A stretch of DNA of 64,000 nt from Phoronis australis. Its lineage: Eukaryota > Animalia > Phoronida. The stretch lies in contig NMRA01000422.1 of the NCBI GenBank assembly GCA_002633005.1, positions 330,146-394,145 on the forward strand, written 5' to 3'. Shown here in pieces: positions 25,401 to 40,400 of this stretch. Numbering within the stretch: the stretch's first letter is position 1; each line of letters starts with the position of its first letter. Below the pieces are notes generated by a model, which had not been told where the DNA came from, made no database searches, and worked only from the letters and a program-made list of their open reading frames with translations. The position numbers and the translations under genes are program-made.

Positions 25401-28400
25401 CAAGCCAGCTGTATTTTGAAGGTAGTCTTCATACTGGTAGCTGGCACTGAGGCTAGCTAAGGGCTGCCGCGGCAGTGTGACACAGGATTAACCAGCCCGT
25501 AATTTTATGCAGATGTCTGAAACTACCTTTGAATACATACATGTACGGCATTTATGATTTGAACATTTTACTTCGACAAAACAGCTTGCAACCGCATGCC
25601 TTTACCGTTCGCGTCGGTGTTTTCTCGATCTGCACCGGGTCCAATAGGCTGCGGTCCTGAGGCCGGCAAAATAATTTCTGTCAAAATTTATTCGCCACAT
25701 TTCTTCAGCAAATTCAATAAAATTGTCCGTATTTTGATTTTATTAAAATTAAGGCGCCCTGTCCATTATTTTATCCCTTTTGCAGGCTGGTAACAGGCAC
25801 TCACACTGACGGCGTTTTCTTATAGCTTGGGTTCCTGAATGAATTGTTCTTCCGGGTTCGCCCCAAGTTCAAAATGGCGATGGTTCTTCGGGTGCGAATC
25901 GTGAGTGGGGCGTTCATTTAAATATTTTTCGAGTACGGATCGTGTATCAGTTATGGGGTAGGTACTTCTTGGATCCTTATAACATCCTCTAACCATGTAA
26001 TAAGGGTTAACAACGTGTAAGACCAGGACTTTAATAAGACTACAAAATTCATATTTATTTGAGCTACCTATTTCCAGTTGCCATTCCTGTACGCCATAAT
26101 CCAGTAATCTCTGTTTGAATACCTTAATAAACTCAACACTATTGCCTGGGCCAAATAACCACACTTCTCCATAGCTGGACATGTACCTATACAAAATTTC
26201 TTTGACGCGGTTTTCCCTGTTACAATTACAATTTTCACTTTGTTCCCAAGCATAATTACACTTCAGTGGGTACCCATGTTCTTCCATATCCAGTAATTTT
26301 GTCCAATAGATAATTGGTTTACACATATATTTCGTAATTAACAAATGCCTCCCACATTCACCACGAGCCATAGCATTTGGCGTTTTATTGCTCAATCTCA
26401 GAACATATTTACAGAAATCATTATGAACTTTTTCAATAGATTCACACATTGATGTTCCCCATATTTCTGCACCATATGTTAATATGGGCATTATCATAGA
26501 GTCAAAGAGTTTAAAATGCACTCTATAGGAAATACAGTTAAGTTTTGACAGAGTGGTTTTAATAACGTTCATTGCTCTTCGAGCTTGGCTTGCAAGTACT
26601 CTACGACACTGTCCATTTAAGTCTGCAGGAAAATGTGACTCCTAGGTACTTGTCGTACGATTTAGTATCTACTTTCTTATCGCCAAAAACCCACCTTTTA
26701 TTACTTGAAAGTATGCCCCCTCGCTTAAATAACACAACATTCTTTATCTCCAAATTAACTTGCAAGTTCCAATCTCGACAAAACTTTTCGAGGACATTGA
26801 GCTTCATCTGTAGCCCAGCAACAGTATTTGATACCAGCACTAAATCAGCAAAAAACAGAGAACCTATATCACAGCACGGAGAGACACGTATACCACTGCC
26901 TACATTTTCTCTAATATCAGACACTAGTGTGCAAACAAACACCGAGAACGTCCACAACTGTAGATTTCTTGGTAGATCATAGTGATATTGGTCCTGACGC
27001 ATTCATTCTTCTATGAGCGCAATTTGTGGAAAATATATAAATTTCCGACCAAAAAAGTGAGTTACAATTGTCATATCTCAAACTTTGTCGTATGCTTGAT
27101 TTTCTTAAGTACACTGATTTATCATGGTCCAGGATGTTTTGAGGGTAGATAACGATTTCGAAAGGACAAAGAAACGCTCGCAGCACAAACAAATTACCGG
27201 ACATTTTTGATCGTGTGTATTGACGGGAGACGACCCCTGATGCAGGTTGCATAAAACAGTCCCAAATACGGACTCAACTAAGTTCCCTAAATCTACTACA
27301 TATTTTGGACTTGTGGTAACACCGATTGTTCTTTCTTATGCAGTTTTAGTTTCATTACTAAATCAGATTTTGTTTTTTATACAGTTTTGGCAATTTTTTT
27401 CGATTTCATCAGTGGAAATGATTCTTTTCACATCAGTGGCTCAGTAGCGGTCATGCAAGTAGCGGCATCGAGTTTTTCATTTCCGTCTAATAATTTTATC
27501 TCTCTTTTGAAGGGTTTTAACTCCAGCATTTTCGCCATTCTTTGCACAGAAGACTTGCTCACTTGTAAATCCCTTGCGACTCTTTCAGATTCCCCGAGTT
27601 GTCCTCCTGGGTTTGACTCAGTTCCTCAACACCATCCTCGTTTTCTTTCGAACGTTCAGTCTTGGGCCTCCCACAACCGTTTTTACGCACAACAGACCCT
27701 GTGTTGTGTATTTTAGCAATAAGTCTATTTACAGTCGCACAATACCACCCTTTTCCTGGGAACTCCTTTACGGTTCTTTTTTCTCTCCATCATTTCTCGT
27801 TGAAACAGGTTTCAATTGTAAATTGGCCACTTTTACTCAAAAGCATCCTTACAAACCGGAATATTGGACAGAACTGATTTGGATACACATCTGACAACAA
27901 AAACAGCAAGCTGGCTTTTTTGACTGACAGATACATGTACGAGTACAGCAAGAATACGATAAAAGTCACAATGATATTGCATTTTTCCCTTCGCTGTTTT
28001 AAATTTCACAGTAATTCCATAACTTTTATATTTTTTTCTGATACTGTGCAGACTTGTTAATGACACCCTGACGATATATTAGGAAAAAAAATAAACGAAT
28101 TTGGTTGGTCAATAGATGAGAAATTACTAGTCAAAAAGTGACACTTGTTATATGCTGGACCTCATATTTAAAAAATAAACTTCGACTGGTCAAAAATTGT
28201 ATAAATCACTTCAAAAAACTTGAGATGCTATCACCATTTGTTTTTTGCCACGATGATGAAGGATTCATCATCAAACCTGAGGAATGTGACTATTCAACTG
28301 AAACGTTCATTTTAGGTACTACCACTTCAGCACCTGTCCTCGGCAAATACTGTGGCAGTGACCCAGACAACACAGTTCCTTCACTCTCTACTTCTAATGT

Positions 28401-31400
28401 TCTGCTTGTTGTGTTCGAAACTGATTCATCAGTCACGAAAAAGGGCTTCCAAGCTGTTTATAAGTCAGGTATAGTATTCGTTCAGAAACTTTTTACAACA
28501 GAGGTGCACTCTGTAGCACCGGTAGTCTGTAACTTAGACAAGACCATGAGTGGACAAGCAAACTCACGCAAGTAAACTGCAAGTGCTTCACGACTAAAGT
28601 ACTAACAAAAACATCGAAATGGTCACCATTGTTTCAGACTGAGTGGGACTCGTTTAAAAGGTGGTCAAGCTTTGTAATTTTGCGTGCAAATGTTTACACC
28701 CGGTATCTAATTTTTTATGTAATAACCCCTAATTAGTATAACTGTGATGTCTAGTTAATTTGTTACATGAAATCTACCTAAGCTAGTACCCTCAGGAGGG
28801 ATAACTTAAGTCAAATCCATATTAACATTCACTAGTTCTATTTACTAACCCCAACGAGTTCGTTTGATACACACTTCGTCTATTTTCATGTGACGTTGTC
28901 GTAACCATTACTATATATAGTAGTACCAGCAACAGAATACAGCCTATACAAATGTACATGTGCATTGTATCTGATGCATCAGTGTAAAGATTTCCGGAAT
29001 TGAGGCTACCGCAAATGAGGTTATGAGGATGTGAAAAAAGGAACTACAACTCATAAATTCTACAAGTACCAAACTTTAATGTTGTCAGTATAATGTAAAT
29101 GTCCAAGGAAATATGCATGATTCTGAATTGTTGAGCCGTTGAGCAGCTTCAACAGGTTCCCACTGTCGTAGCCAGAAGTATTCAACACGAGGATCAAAAG
29201 TAGGAAGTTATTGTCTGCTACCAAAATGAATTTGGGCAAAAATATGTTTAAATCACAAATTCTCAGTTATCTCTGTTTGCTTTAAATGTTTCTAATCAAA
29301 GCAGTCCTCTCATTTGCTTTCATTAAACATTACATAAGTAAATTGTTTCTGTATCATCGATTACCACGCATATGTATCTGAGACATATGAGCAATGTTAT
29401 ATGATGGCCTCAGAACAAAGGTCACACGTCAAATATTCAAGCGAGAAAAACACATGCGCTAATTAGCTACACCATACCCTGAATAACTTAATTTTCAAAG
29501 ACCATTAAAAATTTACACACATTTTATGACCTTTTACGCGAGGGCAGCTGTCTCCACGTATTGTTACTGTTCGTGTAGCATGACTTAACACGGAATTGTA
29601 GGACAACATTTTAACGTACATGTAGAAGCAAAAGTGACCTAACGTCCGTAAACATTACAAGACATGCGAATCAATGTAATTCATCTTCTATTTGATACAG
29701 GGCTTAAATGTGGTGGAAACCTTGTCGCCAATGCCAGAAAACAAATATTGCATTCCCCAGGTTACCCTACAAGATACTCTCACAACGCGCTATGTCGGTG
29801 GATCATCCGTTCACCCTCCGGAAGTGTGGTTTACTTCAATGTAACAACAATCGATATTGAACGTCACAGTATCTGTGACTATGACAGCCTGTCAGTGTAC
29901 GGCGGTAAGAGTGATAACGAAATACTTTACCTTATTACATTTGAAACCGGTAAGCAGGTCTGTGCAAACACATGCAACTAGTAAATTGGTGACGTCGTTT
30001 TGGCATTCGCACACGAATGCGGAAATGTTTTTGTGTTGCCTTCGTTATGATTTCCTTCATAAAGAGTCTTAATTCGGTGAGACGGTGTTGGAAAAGTTCT
30101 CGAAAGATCCGGTAATGATACAAGAGCTCAATTGAACCTAATTCAGAAATTCAGCCTTTGATACGCCTGATTATGGACTCCATTGCGTGGGAAAATTACA
30201 ATTGTTTTTAACAATGTTGTTTCTTTATATACTTTTCTTGCATGTGGAACTTTTGTTGTGGACAAGTTACCACAAAACTTAAAAAATTGTTCAAAGGCCT
30301 TCTTAAGAAAGCTCTAAAAATAATTACACACACAAACAAATCAAATGCAAACAAAGGGAATACTTTATTTTGATTGCTGCACATTTCTAGAGGTCAACAG
30401 GAAAACGACTATTCGCAAGCGTAATCGCTAATCATTTCAGCTATATAAAGAATAAGCACAACTGCACTGTATGGGGCTTTAAAACTGAGGAAATATTGTG
30501 GTTTCAATAATTAGTGATAAACTTGCCTGTTGATGAAAAATTTATTCGATCATCAAAGTGTAACATTAACGGGCTTTCTACTGACAATAATACAATCGAT
30601 GCAGTCACTGAATGTCATTTCCCCATAATGTGTACCAAATTGAAAAGATTTTACTATTAGTGTAAAGCTTTTCTTCTGAAAGGAAATGTTAATGTCTCTC
30701 AGTGAGAAAGGACAGGTATTTATACCAGATGCTTTTGGTTTTCATTTCACAGAGATCAAGTTTCAATAGCCTATATAAGCGCTTGTAAAAAAGGTCCAGT
30801 TTCGGCACGTGGCTTTTACCTGGAGGTAACCTCATTCAGCTTGAATTAGGTCCTTGAAGGTAAACACAACAGCATACCACTTTACTCGTTTTGTGCTCAA
30901 AATTTGACCCTGAACTAGACCAGAGTGTCACTACGTCTTCTTTAGCTTCAATCCAGCATGTTTCTTCCAGGAAGGGAAATAAGCTATTGTCCACACATGA
31001 CTTATTGCCTTTGAAAGGGTATCCTCACCAACGAGGCTGACTTGTGTAGCAGTAGATATAGTTCCTCTTCATACACAAACAACACGTTGTCTTATGGTAA
31101 CTTCGTACTGAGATTCACATTTCACCAGGGCCACTGACATGTACATTGCGTCATGCAGCACTAATGGTGTGTGGAAATGCTGTGGGAAGAGAAAGGAGTA
31201 ACAAAGCTTGTTCGTTGTCGCCGATGAAGAAAGTAGGCTTTAACAGGTCTACATGTACACTGGATGGGAAGATATTGCTGATTAGCTGCAGTCAACTGCT
31301 TAAAATCAATTTTTGTCCATTTAGGGTCGATGCAGAAGCGATGCATATCTCCTCTGCACGGTACAAGCCCTCAAACCTAAAACCCAAAGGTCACGTGAAA

Positions 31401-34400
31401 ACAGACATGATAGAATTTCATTTCAACGTGTAATAAATTTCCGGAAGACAAATAGTAAACAATTAGTCTAATGGATATTTACGTACCCTTTGCCATGACA
31501 TTGGGCCTGGATTGTAATCTCACTAACTCATATCGAGTTAAACATTCAGCATTCATTGATGTAACTGTCACTGATAAACCTGTTTGAAATCATTCCATAC
31601 AATAATACGGCTTTGATGTACGAAAAGATCTCGAGTATCGTAACACGCATCACAACAAAGATTAACCCGACTGGCGACTGTCGCGAAGTCGACATCGACG
31701 AGTATCTCAGTTAACAGGCATCAGTAGAATAAACATGGAATAATCGTTAAAATAATCAAAACCTTACCTTTGTATAAGGTCGTGCTTACTTTCTCTCATA
31801 GAAGCACCCTTTTCACGCAATCTCAGATTCAGTTTGCCTACCTACAAGCCACTTCACCATGTATTTAAAGGGCTCGCGAAATCGAGGCTGCTACTCTATC
31901 ACCACTAGTACACGCGCGCCCTCTAGTTAATGTAAATTTTCCGAATAGCCCCATTAGAGCATTGATGGACGACTTGACAATAACTACGGTGACGCATGTA
32001 CAAGCTCGGTGGGTTTTGGCAGCACTAGATGACGTTGCAACGTAGGCTCGTATGAAGTTTAAGCCCAGGAAGTCGAGACTTCTGATAATGAGAGGTAGAA
32101 AAGTGGTCAACAGACTCACCTTGACCATTCGAGGGGAAGAAATTCCATCAACTGTTAACAACCCCATCAAGTGCCTTGGCAAATGGTACGATGATCTCCA
32201 GTGCGACAAGAACAACATCTCGCAGATGGAGACCCAGGTGAAAGAGTGGTTGAAGAGAATAGAGACATTAAGTCAAGCGGTCTTCCTGGAAAGTACAAGG
32301 TGTGGATTTACCAGCACGGGCTGTTACCACGTGCAACGTGGTGTCGTATGTTGTACGACATACCGATATCGGCAGTAGAGTGCCTGGAGAGAACAGTAAG
32401 CAAGTGGCTGAGAAAGCTTCACAATGATTGGTCTTTACAGCAGAACAGCAGAGCTTCAGCTGCCACTAGCGTCAATTACGGAGGAGTTTAAAGCAGGAAA
32501 GTGCAGATTGGTACTCAAATTACGCGACTCTAGAGAACCGAAGGTGAGAGAGGCAGGTGTCATGACAAGATCAGGGTGACGGTGGTCAGCAGACACGTTT
32601 GTGAGCCAGGCGGAGAGCTTTTTACAGATCAGAGATATAATTGGTTGCACCTGCGTAGGACGTCAGGGGTGGGGACATCGCGGTTCCAACAGTGGGTGAA
32701 GACGAGTGAGAGGCAGCAGAGGGAGATGGTCCAAGCTGAGGTGAGAGCAGCAGAGGAGGAAGCCCGTAAAGCCAAGGCAGTCCAACTGAGCCATCAGGGA
32801 GCATGAACCAGGTGGAATCTTCCAGAGAGGAAGATATCGTGGGCAGACGTGTGGAGGATGGAGCCGATGCGTGTTCAGTTTTTACTTCGCTCGGTTTACG
32901 ACGTGTTACCATCGCCTTCGAACCTTCTTCGCCGGGGCCTAGTGGATGACCCAGCCTGCCAGTTGTCTGGAGGAAGAAGTACATTGGTCCACATGTTATC
33001 AGGGTGCAACATGGCACTTCAACAGGGCCGATACAGATGGCGTCACAACCAAGTAATGAAGACCCTTGCAGACATCATAGATGGATAGCGTAAGACAAGA
33101 GCAACTCAGCCTAAGGCAAGCAGCCAGCACATACAATTCGTCAGGGCAGGTGAGATACGGAAGAAGTCACGTCAGCAGCCTTGCATCCTGGATGGGAAAT
33201 GAGAGTACATGTAGATCTGGGAAGAAAGCTTGGGTTAACGAGTATTGCTGAAACATCACTGCGACCTGACATCATTCTGTGATCGGATATTCATCAATGT
33301 ATAGTGATTTTAGAGCTTACGGTGCCTTGGGAGGAAGGATGCAAAGAGCCCACGAGAGGAAGTTATTTAAGTATACATATAGCGAGCTGGCGGAGACATG
33401 CAGAGTTCGAGGCTGTTTCCTGTAGAGGTGGGACGTAGAGGATTCCCTGCAAGATCTGTATGGTGGTTGGTGGAGAAACTCGGTGTGCGAGGTGGAAGGA
33501 AGAAAGCTGCAGTGAAAAGACTGGGTGATTTTCTTCACGAAGAATCTTATTGCGGCAGGACGGTGTTTCAAACTTTTTCCACATACACACCGAAATTATA
33601 ATATGATACGTTAATGCAAGTATTCGCCATAGCAGGGTATTGAAAATTACCAGTGAAAACAGATCAAAGACCAATGAAGAGTTTTGGCTGAATTCCATTC
33701 TGCGGGCTCCGATACATAACTCGTCTCATCACTTTCAGCTCGTTTTAAATTCGTGCCCATAGACAGCATGTGACTTCGGGAGTGCGATGAAAGCGGACTA
33801 ATCCCGGACTGTAGCAGTTAATGCAGTCGCCAAAAATTTGGTCACTGAAAATGAGCAAAAACAAAAAATATACAATCGGTGCCATGGTTAGAGGCAGTGT
33901 TCAATGTAGTTTCTTGGGCTGTGGGTTTTTGGCTCTCCTTTTAAAGCTGCCTTCACATACACGGTATTTTACGCGGAGTCTTTATGTACTGTATCACCGA
34001 ATTGTCATCAGTTGGAAGCATCCGTAAATAACGTGTCGCTATACGCAACATCTCGCAGACACTTGTCAAGATCCGTAAAAGGAAAGCAATTTTGACATGT
34101 CAAAAATTTTCTAGCATCGTCTACTGTGGTTAAATAATGCAGGGTCAGAGACGGGCGTCGTTGTGCATTTCGAAAAGTTGCTATTTGCAACAATATTCAC
34201 TTCTAAAAGGCATAACATTCGCGGTTCAACGAGTCTTTTTCTTGCTCTAATCAAATTCATCGTTCGTCTTTGAATCCCACGTTTTAACTAATCAAGACTC
34301 CCAAAATCGTAATTGCGAGTGTATTTGCAGAACCAGAAAGCTTGAATGTGTAATTTTCCTTCTCTGCAACTGTTCCTTTCTGTGGCTGGACATGCTCATA

Positions 34401-37400
34401 ACTCGAGTGAACGAGTTATAAGTCCGTCTCTCGAGTTATAAGTCAGACGCTCGACTTATAAGTCGAGCACTGGGGTTACGAAAAATAGATTAGCATATCT
34501 TTTCCCAGCGACCTTAGTTTCTTGACTTGTGGCTACGATCACTCTACGACATGAGGTTCAGGCTAAAAGTCAAGGAAATTTGTCTACTGCTCTCAGGCAA
34601 AATACATAAATTTGGAACCTGCTCTGGAGCAGAATATAAGCCGAAGTCATAGGCAAATAATCAACTTTTGGCTTTAGGCACTTCGACAAATAGGCTTGTT
34701 CCCTGGTGGGTTACACCCCAGTAACCCGGAAATTCAGCTTGATATCTGACATTAAAACATACTGTCTTCTCAATTTAACAGGAGTTCATCGGCTGGGTAT
34801 GGTTAATTCTTCATAGGGAGCATTTCACCACAAAATAAGTTAAGACCAGAATTGCAGTACACCAGTTGTGACCCTGGACTACGTCATCCATCTCCAGATA
34901 ATGTGCACTGCCCGCACAGATATAAGCGTTGTAATGTTGTGAACATTTCAGACATTGTTTTCGGTCCTGCTGTGCACGTACTTAAATAAATCATAGTGTA
35001 TGATCTGTTGAATATCAAACTCTTCAAAAATAAAAAAGTACAATCTGTTGAAATTTTGATTTTAGGTCCCACGACTTCATCGCATCACCTCGGCAAATAT
35101 TGTGGCAGTAACCGAACTACGATCCCTTCACTATTCGTGTCTAAAGTTCTACAAATTTTTTTCATCACTGATGGCTCAGCTACGGCAAAGGGATTCCAAG
35201 CTGAATACCAGATAGGTGAGATGGGTTTAACATGTATTTTAGAGGCAAATTTGACATGTTTTTAAAGGATGAGCTTACCCAGTTTCTGGTACTCTGCGTT
35301 TGGGACTTTTTCAAAATCGCTAATGTTAAAACACAAGTAACCCAGTGTCTGGTAGATGGCACAAATGGTATCCCAAAATGTGCTCACGGGAGTTTAAATT
35401 CAGTTCCTTGGTCTGACTCTGCTACCGGGCCTAGTGTAAGTTTACGCGTTGCTTTGAAAGTGGATGCTTGAGCCATCTCGTGCTCTGAATCACTGAAAAT
35501 GACGAACGGCTCAGTTTTGAAGAACAAAAATTCATTGCACTATACAGTGAAAACTAAAAAGCATCAAGGGCATGCAATAATTTTATCTTACCAAGTGAAT
35601 GAACAAATTGCGTTTTATTTGATTTAAGGACTTAATTCCTTTTCCACCTCCTATTTGGAAATTTAAAAAATAATCTTGTTCCTTATTCAGTTGAACAACG
35701 CGTTTATGGTCATTCGAACTGTGAGTACGCGTGACCCAATTTTCGACGTGATGCTTATTTCAAATGGTCCTGTTTTAACAGGACCATTATTTATGTACTT
35801 AAAAGTACATAAATATGCTGATGTTTTGGACCTAGACAAATAAAATTAGAATGTCAAGAAATATAAATATGATTGGGACACATTTTACGTACATCTTTAA
35901 AGTCCTAGAAGCACAGGGTTTTAAATAAACGCGCCACTTAGTTTTCCGACCCGAAGAACACACCGCCACTTTGAACTAACCGCGAAACCGGAAATACAAT
36001 TCATTCAGGAACCCAGGCTTAAGTAGGTTGGCTGTGCCACTGGAGCTGTGTCTGTTACCAGCCTGCAAACAGGGGTAAAATAATGGATAGCGGATCTTAA
36101 CTTTAAATGAGAATGGCAGCAAAAACAACCTAGTTTGTATGAAATTAGATCGAGTAGTTCCACTCGATAACAAAAAGTACAGCTCTTTTTCCTGACACCT
36201 AACGGCAGACGGAGGTGTTGAAATTAGCCAATGACGGCAGTGGTTTGAATGCAGTCTGTTCAGCAGTTCGCAACACGCTTACGGGTGTTAGCTTATCAAT
36301 TCAATTCATCGTTTCCACCAATAAATCATCAAAATTCGATGTAAAACCCTTACAAATACATCGAGTTATTGAACAAAAGTGTTACTTTATTTCGCTGTTA
36401 CGGATTTTTAGGTATTTGAACATGTAGCCTACTATAGCTCGGTAGGCCAATTGACCACAGTCGGTCGCGGGAGTTTGGGTTGTGTTCGGTGATCTATTCA
36501 AATTATTCGTACGTGAAATACAGACAGGAGAACATGGCTGAGTGTTCTAATTTTAGACTTGCGATTTTTTCAGTTCTAAACACACAAAGCGCTTGATATA
36601 CCGGCCAGTGGCTCGGAACCCGATCAGGCCCATCGCGGCCGGACTGAAGATACCACGAACATAAACCAGGCAAAGTTGGAAACTAAAGTTTTAAGTCACG
36701 AAAAGACTATACTAGTGAGCCAAAGAAAATCTGTTCACGTGGTTATGTTGGTGAATTACCCGCGAAACTGCAAACTAGCTCGACGGGAGCAGCGAAGTCA
36801 TGTTATTCTTCCACTGAACCGAGGGCAAAAGTTGTACAGAAACAACGATTCAAATAATGTACCTACATGTATGGATATCTAAATAAAGATTCCCTTAACA
36901 TCTGACCATAGGATATAAAATCGAATTATTGTTTCGCAACAGCTTTCTGTCAGTAAACAATGAATTAGCGTGCGCTCACACGGCCTCGGTGCCCGGTCAG
37001 TTAGTTTGTTGCATCTAAAGTCGGTAACGCAGTGATTTATTCATTGCTCGCTTCTCAAAACATTTGCACCCACGAACACTCCAAGGCATTACAAATTGTA
37101 TCTAATGAGACAAACTTTATTTCAATTTTATATAAGCACTGGTTAGGGTGAGAATACTTCATTTTGAAACAGAACGCACAATAATAAACGTCAACGTGGC
37201 AACTCGCAATCCCGAGTTAGATGAGTGTTCATCCGACGAAGACTTCACAGGTCGATTGTTAGATTTCACAGGCTATCATTTCGAACCAGAATACACTGAT
37301 CAAGAAATAATAGAGAGGTTCCGTAAATGTGCACAGACAATGGAACATATGGATAGTTCCGAAAACCGTTTGAATAACTTGTCATGGTGTCAGTGAGCTA

Positions 37401-40400
37401 ACTGTACGGTAATGGAAGCGACTGGCGCTTGCAATTGCGGCCACGAAATTCCGCAACTGAAACGCCTTCTAGAAGAAGCACAGGTGTGTTTCATGGACCA
37501 TTCTGATTTTGCACCGCATCTAAACAGAGGTGCGCTTACGACGATTTTTAATGCTGAGAAGAAGAACTGGCGAAAACATCCAACACCCAGAGGACCAAAC
37601 AGAAACCTCACGAACGAGTCAGTCATGAAACAGGTTATATAAAACGATATGTTCTCAACCCTTGAATTCATTGTAATTGTTTATGTTTTCATGGCCAACT
37701 ACAATTCTCTATAACCAAAAACTGATCAATAACCGATTCGACGAAATGCAGGCCACCGACAGACACGGAGAAGTTTCACGGCCTCATGCTTGGTATTAAC
37801 GTCTTACTTTTCATTCTTCACTACCGCGAGCCGCTTCCAAAGCATTATGGTCTCTCGTGGAAATCGAAAAAAAAGATATACCCGCTTTCCTCGCAGCTTT
37901 ATAGCTCGCACAAGTGGGAACGATGCACTACATCATAGCGGCACTCACTCTGCAGAAGAACCATTGACGTCGCTGCGTTGTTTCTCACCTTCTTCATAGG
38001 TTAACGGGATAGCTCTCGGGGAGTGAAGATCGGCCGTATAAGAGGTAATGTAGATATAGACCGATTAAAACGGTAAAAAAGACTAATTAAATCGGGTGGC
38101 ATTCTTCTTAAATAAAACAAAAATAGGGACAATTTGTGCTGAAAATGTTAGCAAGATGTGGCAAAAGAAATTTTTACAGAAATTATTTTGACCTGCAGCG
38201 GACCGATCGAGTTCACTCGCATTGACAAGAGACGAAGGCATGCCGTCCCTGGTTGTTTTATCACAATAAATGGTTCGAATCATAAAATTTCGTATACATA
38301 CAAAGATAGTTTCCGACACTTGGATAAAATTACGGACTAGTCATAGTCCTGTGCCAACGATTGAATAACAAGGCCGACTATGGCGGATTAGGCCAACTAA
38401 GCGTGTTTCATTATTGGGCGTAACTAACTCTGGTAAACAAACAGTGTAAACAGAACCAAATGGTTTAATAAAAGTATTATTGAGTTTAAAGCTAAAGGGA
38501 CAATTCCCACTTAGCCGGAAACATTCGTAGGCCTATAAGCTGCTACCCGGCATAGCCGGAGCGCCTGGCTTGCGTGCGCGGACATCTGTGCACGGGGCAA
38601 GATGAATACATTAATTAGCTACCCAGGCTTTGAATGAGTGCTGATACGATAGCAATTTTGTTCTGATAGCAGAACGACGTCTGTCGACAGTTGCAGTTCT
38701 CAACGAGTGTCATGGCTGAAGACACAGTATCTACCTACTAGGGCGCTATTCCAAGCCTGATCCTTGAAGTTTAACTAAAATGTAAAATACTGGTAGCTGA
38801 CTGATCGACAATGGGGTGAAATCGAATGCCCGAACAGCTGAACCCCCATTCCCCATTTACTTCGCGATTTTAATCGCTTCACAAAAAAGATCTGAGTCAA
38901 TATATTGATTTTTAAACCCCCAAAATGTAATAATGTCTGAGTTCTGTTTCCACCTTGGGTATGAAACAAACATATTAATCTCGGTTGAAGTCAACACTTC
39001 ATGCAATCTTGCAAAGCAAAAATGTCTACTTTGTTCATCGTCGAATAGCAAAGAGCACGCACATCCAGGCATTATTATTTCCTGAACATTTTTTTGTCGA
39101 ACTTCACCATTGACGTGCAAAACTATGCAAATGTACTTTCAGATTGTGAAAGTCTACTACGAGGAACACAAGGCGTTATTCAAGCACCCAGTTTCCCCAA
39201 TAAATACACCAACGATATCCATTGTACATGGAAAATAGAAGTGAAAAGTGGTCGCCATATACAGCTAACATTCGAGGAATTCAATATCCGAGGCACCCCA
39301 GGACATTGTAGCGGTATCTACTTAGAGGTAGCCATGTAATTTGCTGAGCTCTTTTTTATAAACCTGCTAGTCCGTTGCGTACATGTGACATACTTGTTGT
39401 ATCATTTAATGTAACGAAGAGTACTTACTTAGAATAGGAGCAGAAACACAAGACAAATGAATCCATTGTATTGTTGTCATTCTATTAAAACCGGCGACGC
39501 CCGACGTTGGTTTCTAGCCCATTCACTAGTACTCGCCGTAAAAGCAGCTGCATTCGAGAGGCTGACCTTATTACCGGTTTTACGCGCAGTGCACAAAGTC
39601 TGAGGGCGCTGGCCGTGATAATGAAATGCGGTGTAAAAAGTCAAAAGAGCTCATGAGCTCTTGACAGTATGTGGGAATAAAAGACAAACAGGCGAAACAT
39701 TGAAAATAACAACTCCTGAACAAACATTTGAGAACGAAATTGAGTGTTGGACTGCCGAGCGAGATCAGTTGAGTATTCTGGTAATAGCCCTCGAATTTTC
39801 ATAGCTTTCCGAGTGAGCTTGCATTCTTCCTTCGTCGTCCATAAATAACGTAGCTTTCTTTTCACGCTTACTGTCGATTGCATTTAAGCGTAAAAGTTCC
39901 AATGGTTTCAGTGTTCATCAATGACTTACTCCCTATTTGCCAAATCTCAAAAATCAAATATCTCAAATTACCTCTGTCAGATAATGCATAAATAAAACCC
40001 CACTTTCCGTATCATGCCTTGCCTTCAAAGCGGCAAAGTGAGCTCACGAATAATTGAAAGCGTTGTCTGAAGAACACAGGGCTCAACGGGGACGTCAGAT
40101 CGGATCATTTTCATAGCAGAGTTTGCGTAAACAAAAGAAATAATAAAATTTTCACGCGTAGAACTTGAAGTATAGTTTATAAAAAAGCTCCAAACAACTG
40201 CTTAAGCGTTGTCTGTTCCCTTTTGGTTATTTTAGTCATGCTTCATTCTCGTCAATTCTATACTTATCACATTACTGGTGACCACAAGATAGTTCACTGC
40301 CTCTAATTACATATAACACACTAATACTATATCTCAAGTCAGAAAATCACCACCTTATGATAGTTTAAGTTCCGTTTCTGTTTCCACTCCAAGATCGAAG

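Noticed and set aside
25820-26572. Longest ORF (250 aa) as a host gene
   Set aside because: It is LINE ORF2 sequence reading through by chance into the inserted element below 26030.
30950-31350. Possible Ulp1/PHD-like transposon remnant (QCTCRP)
   Set aside because: The motif overlaps a TACATGTA scar and the rest is too degraded to support a call.
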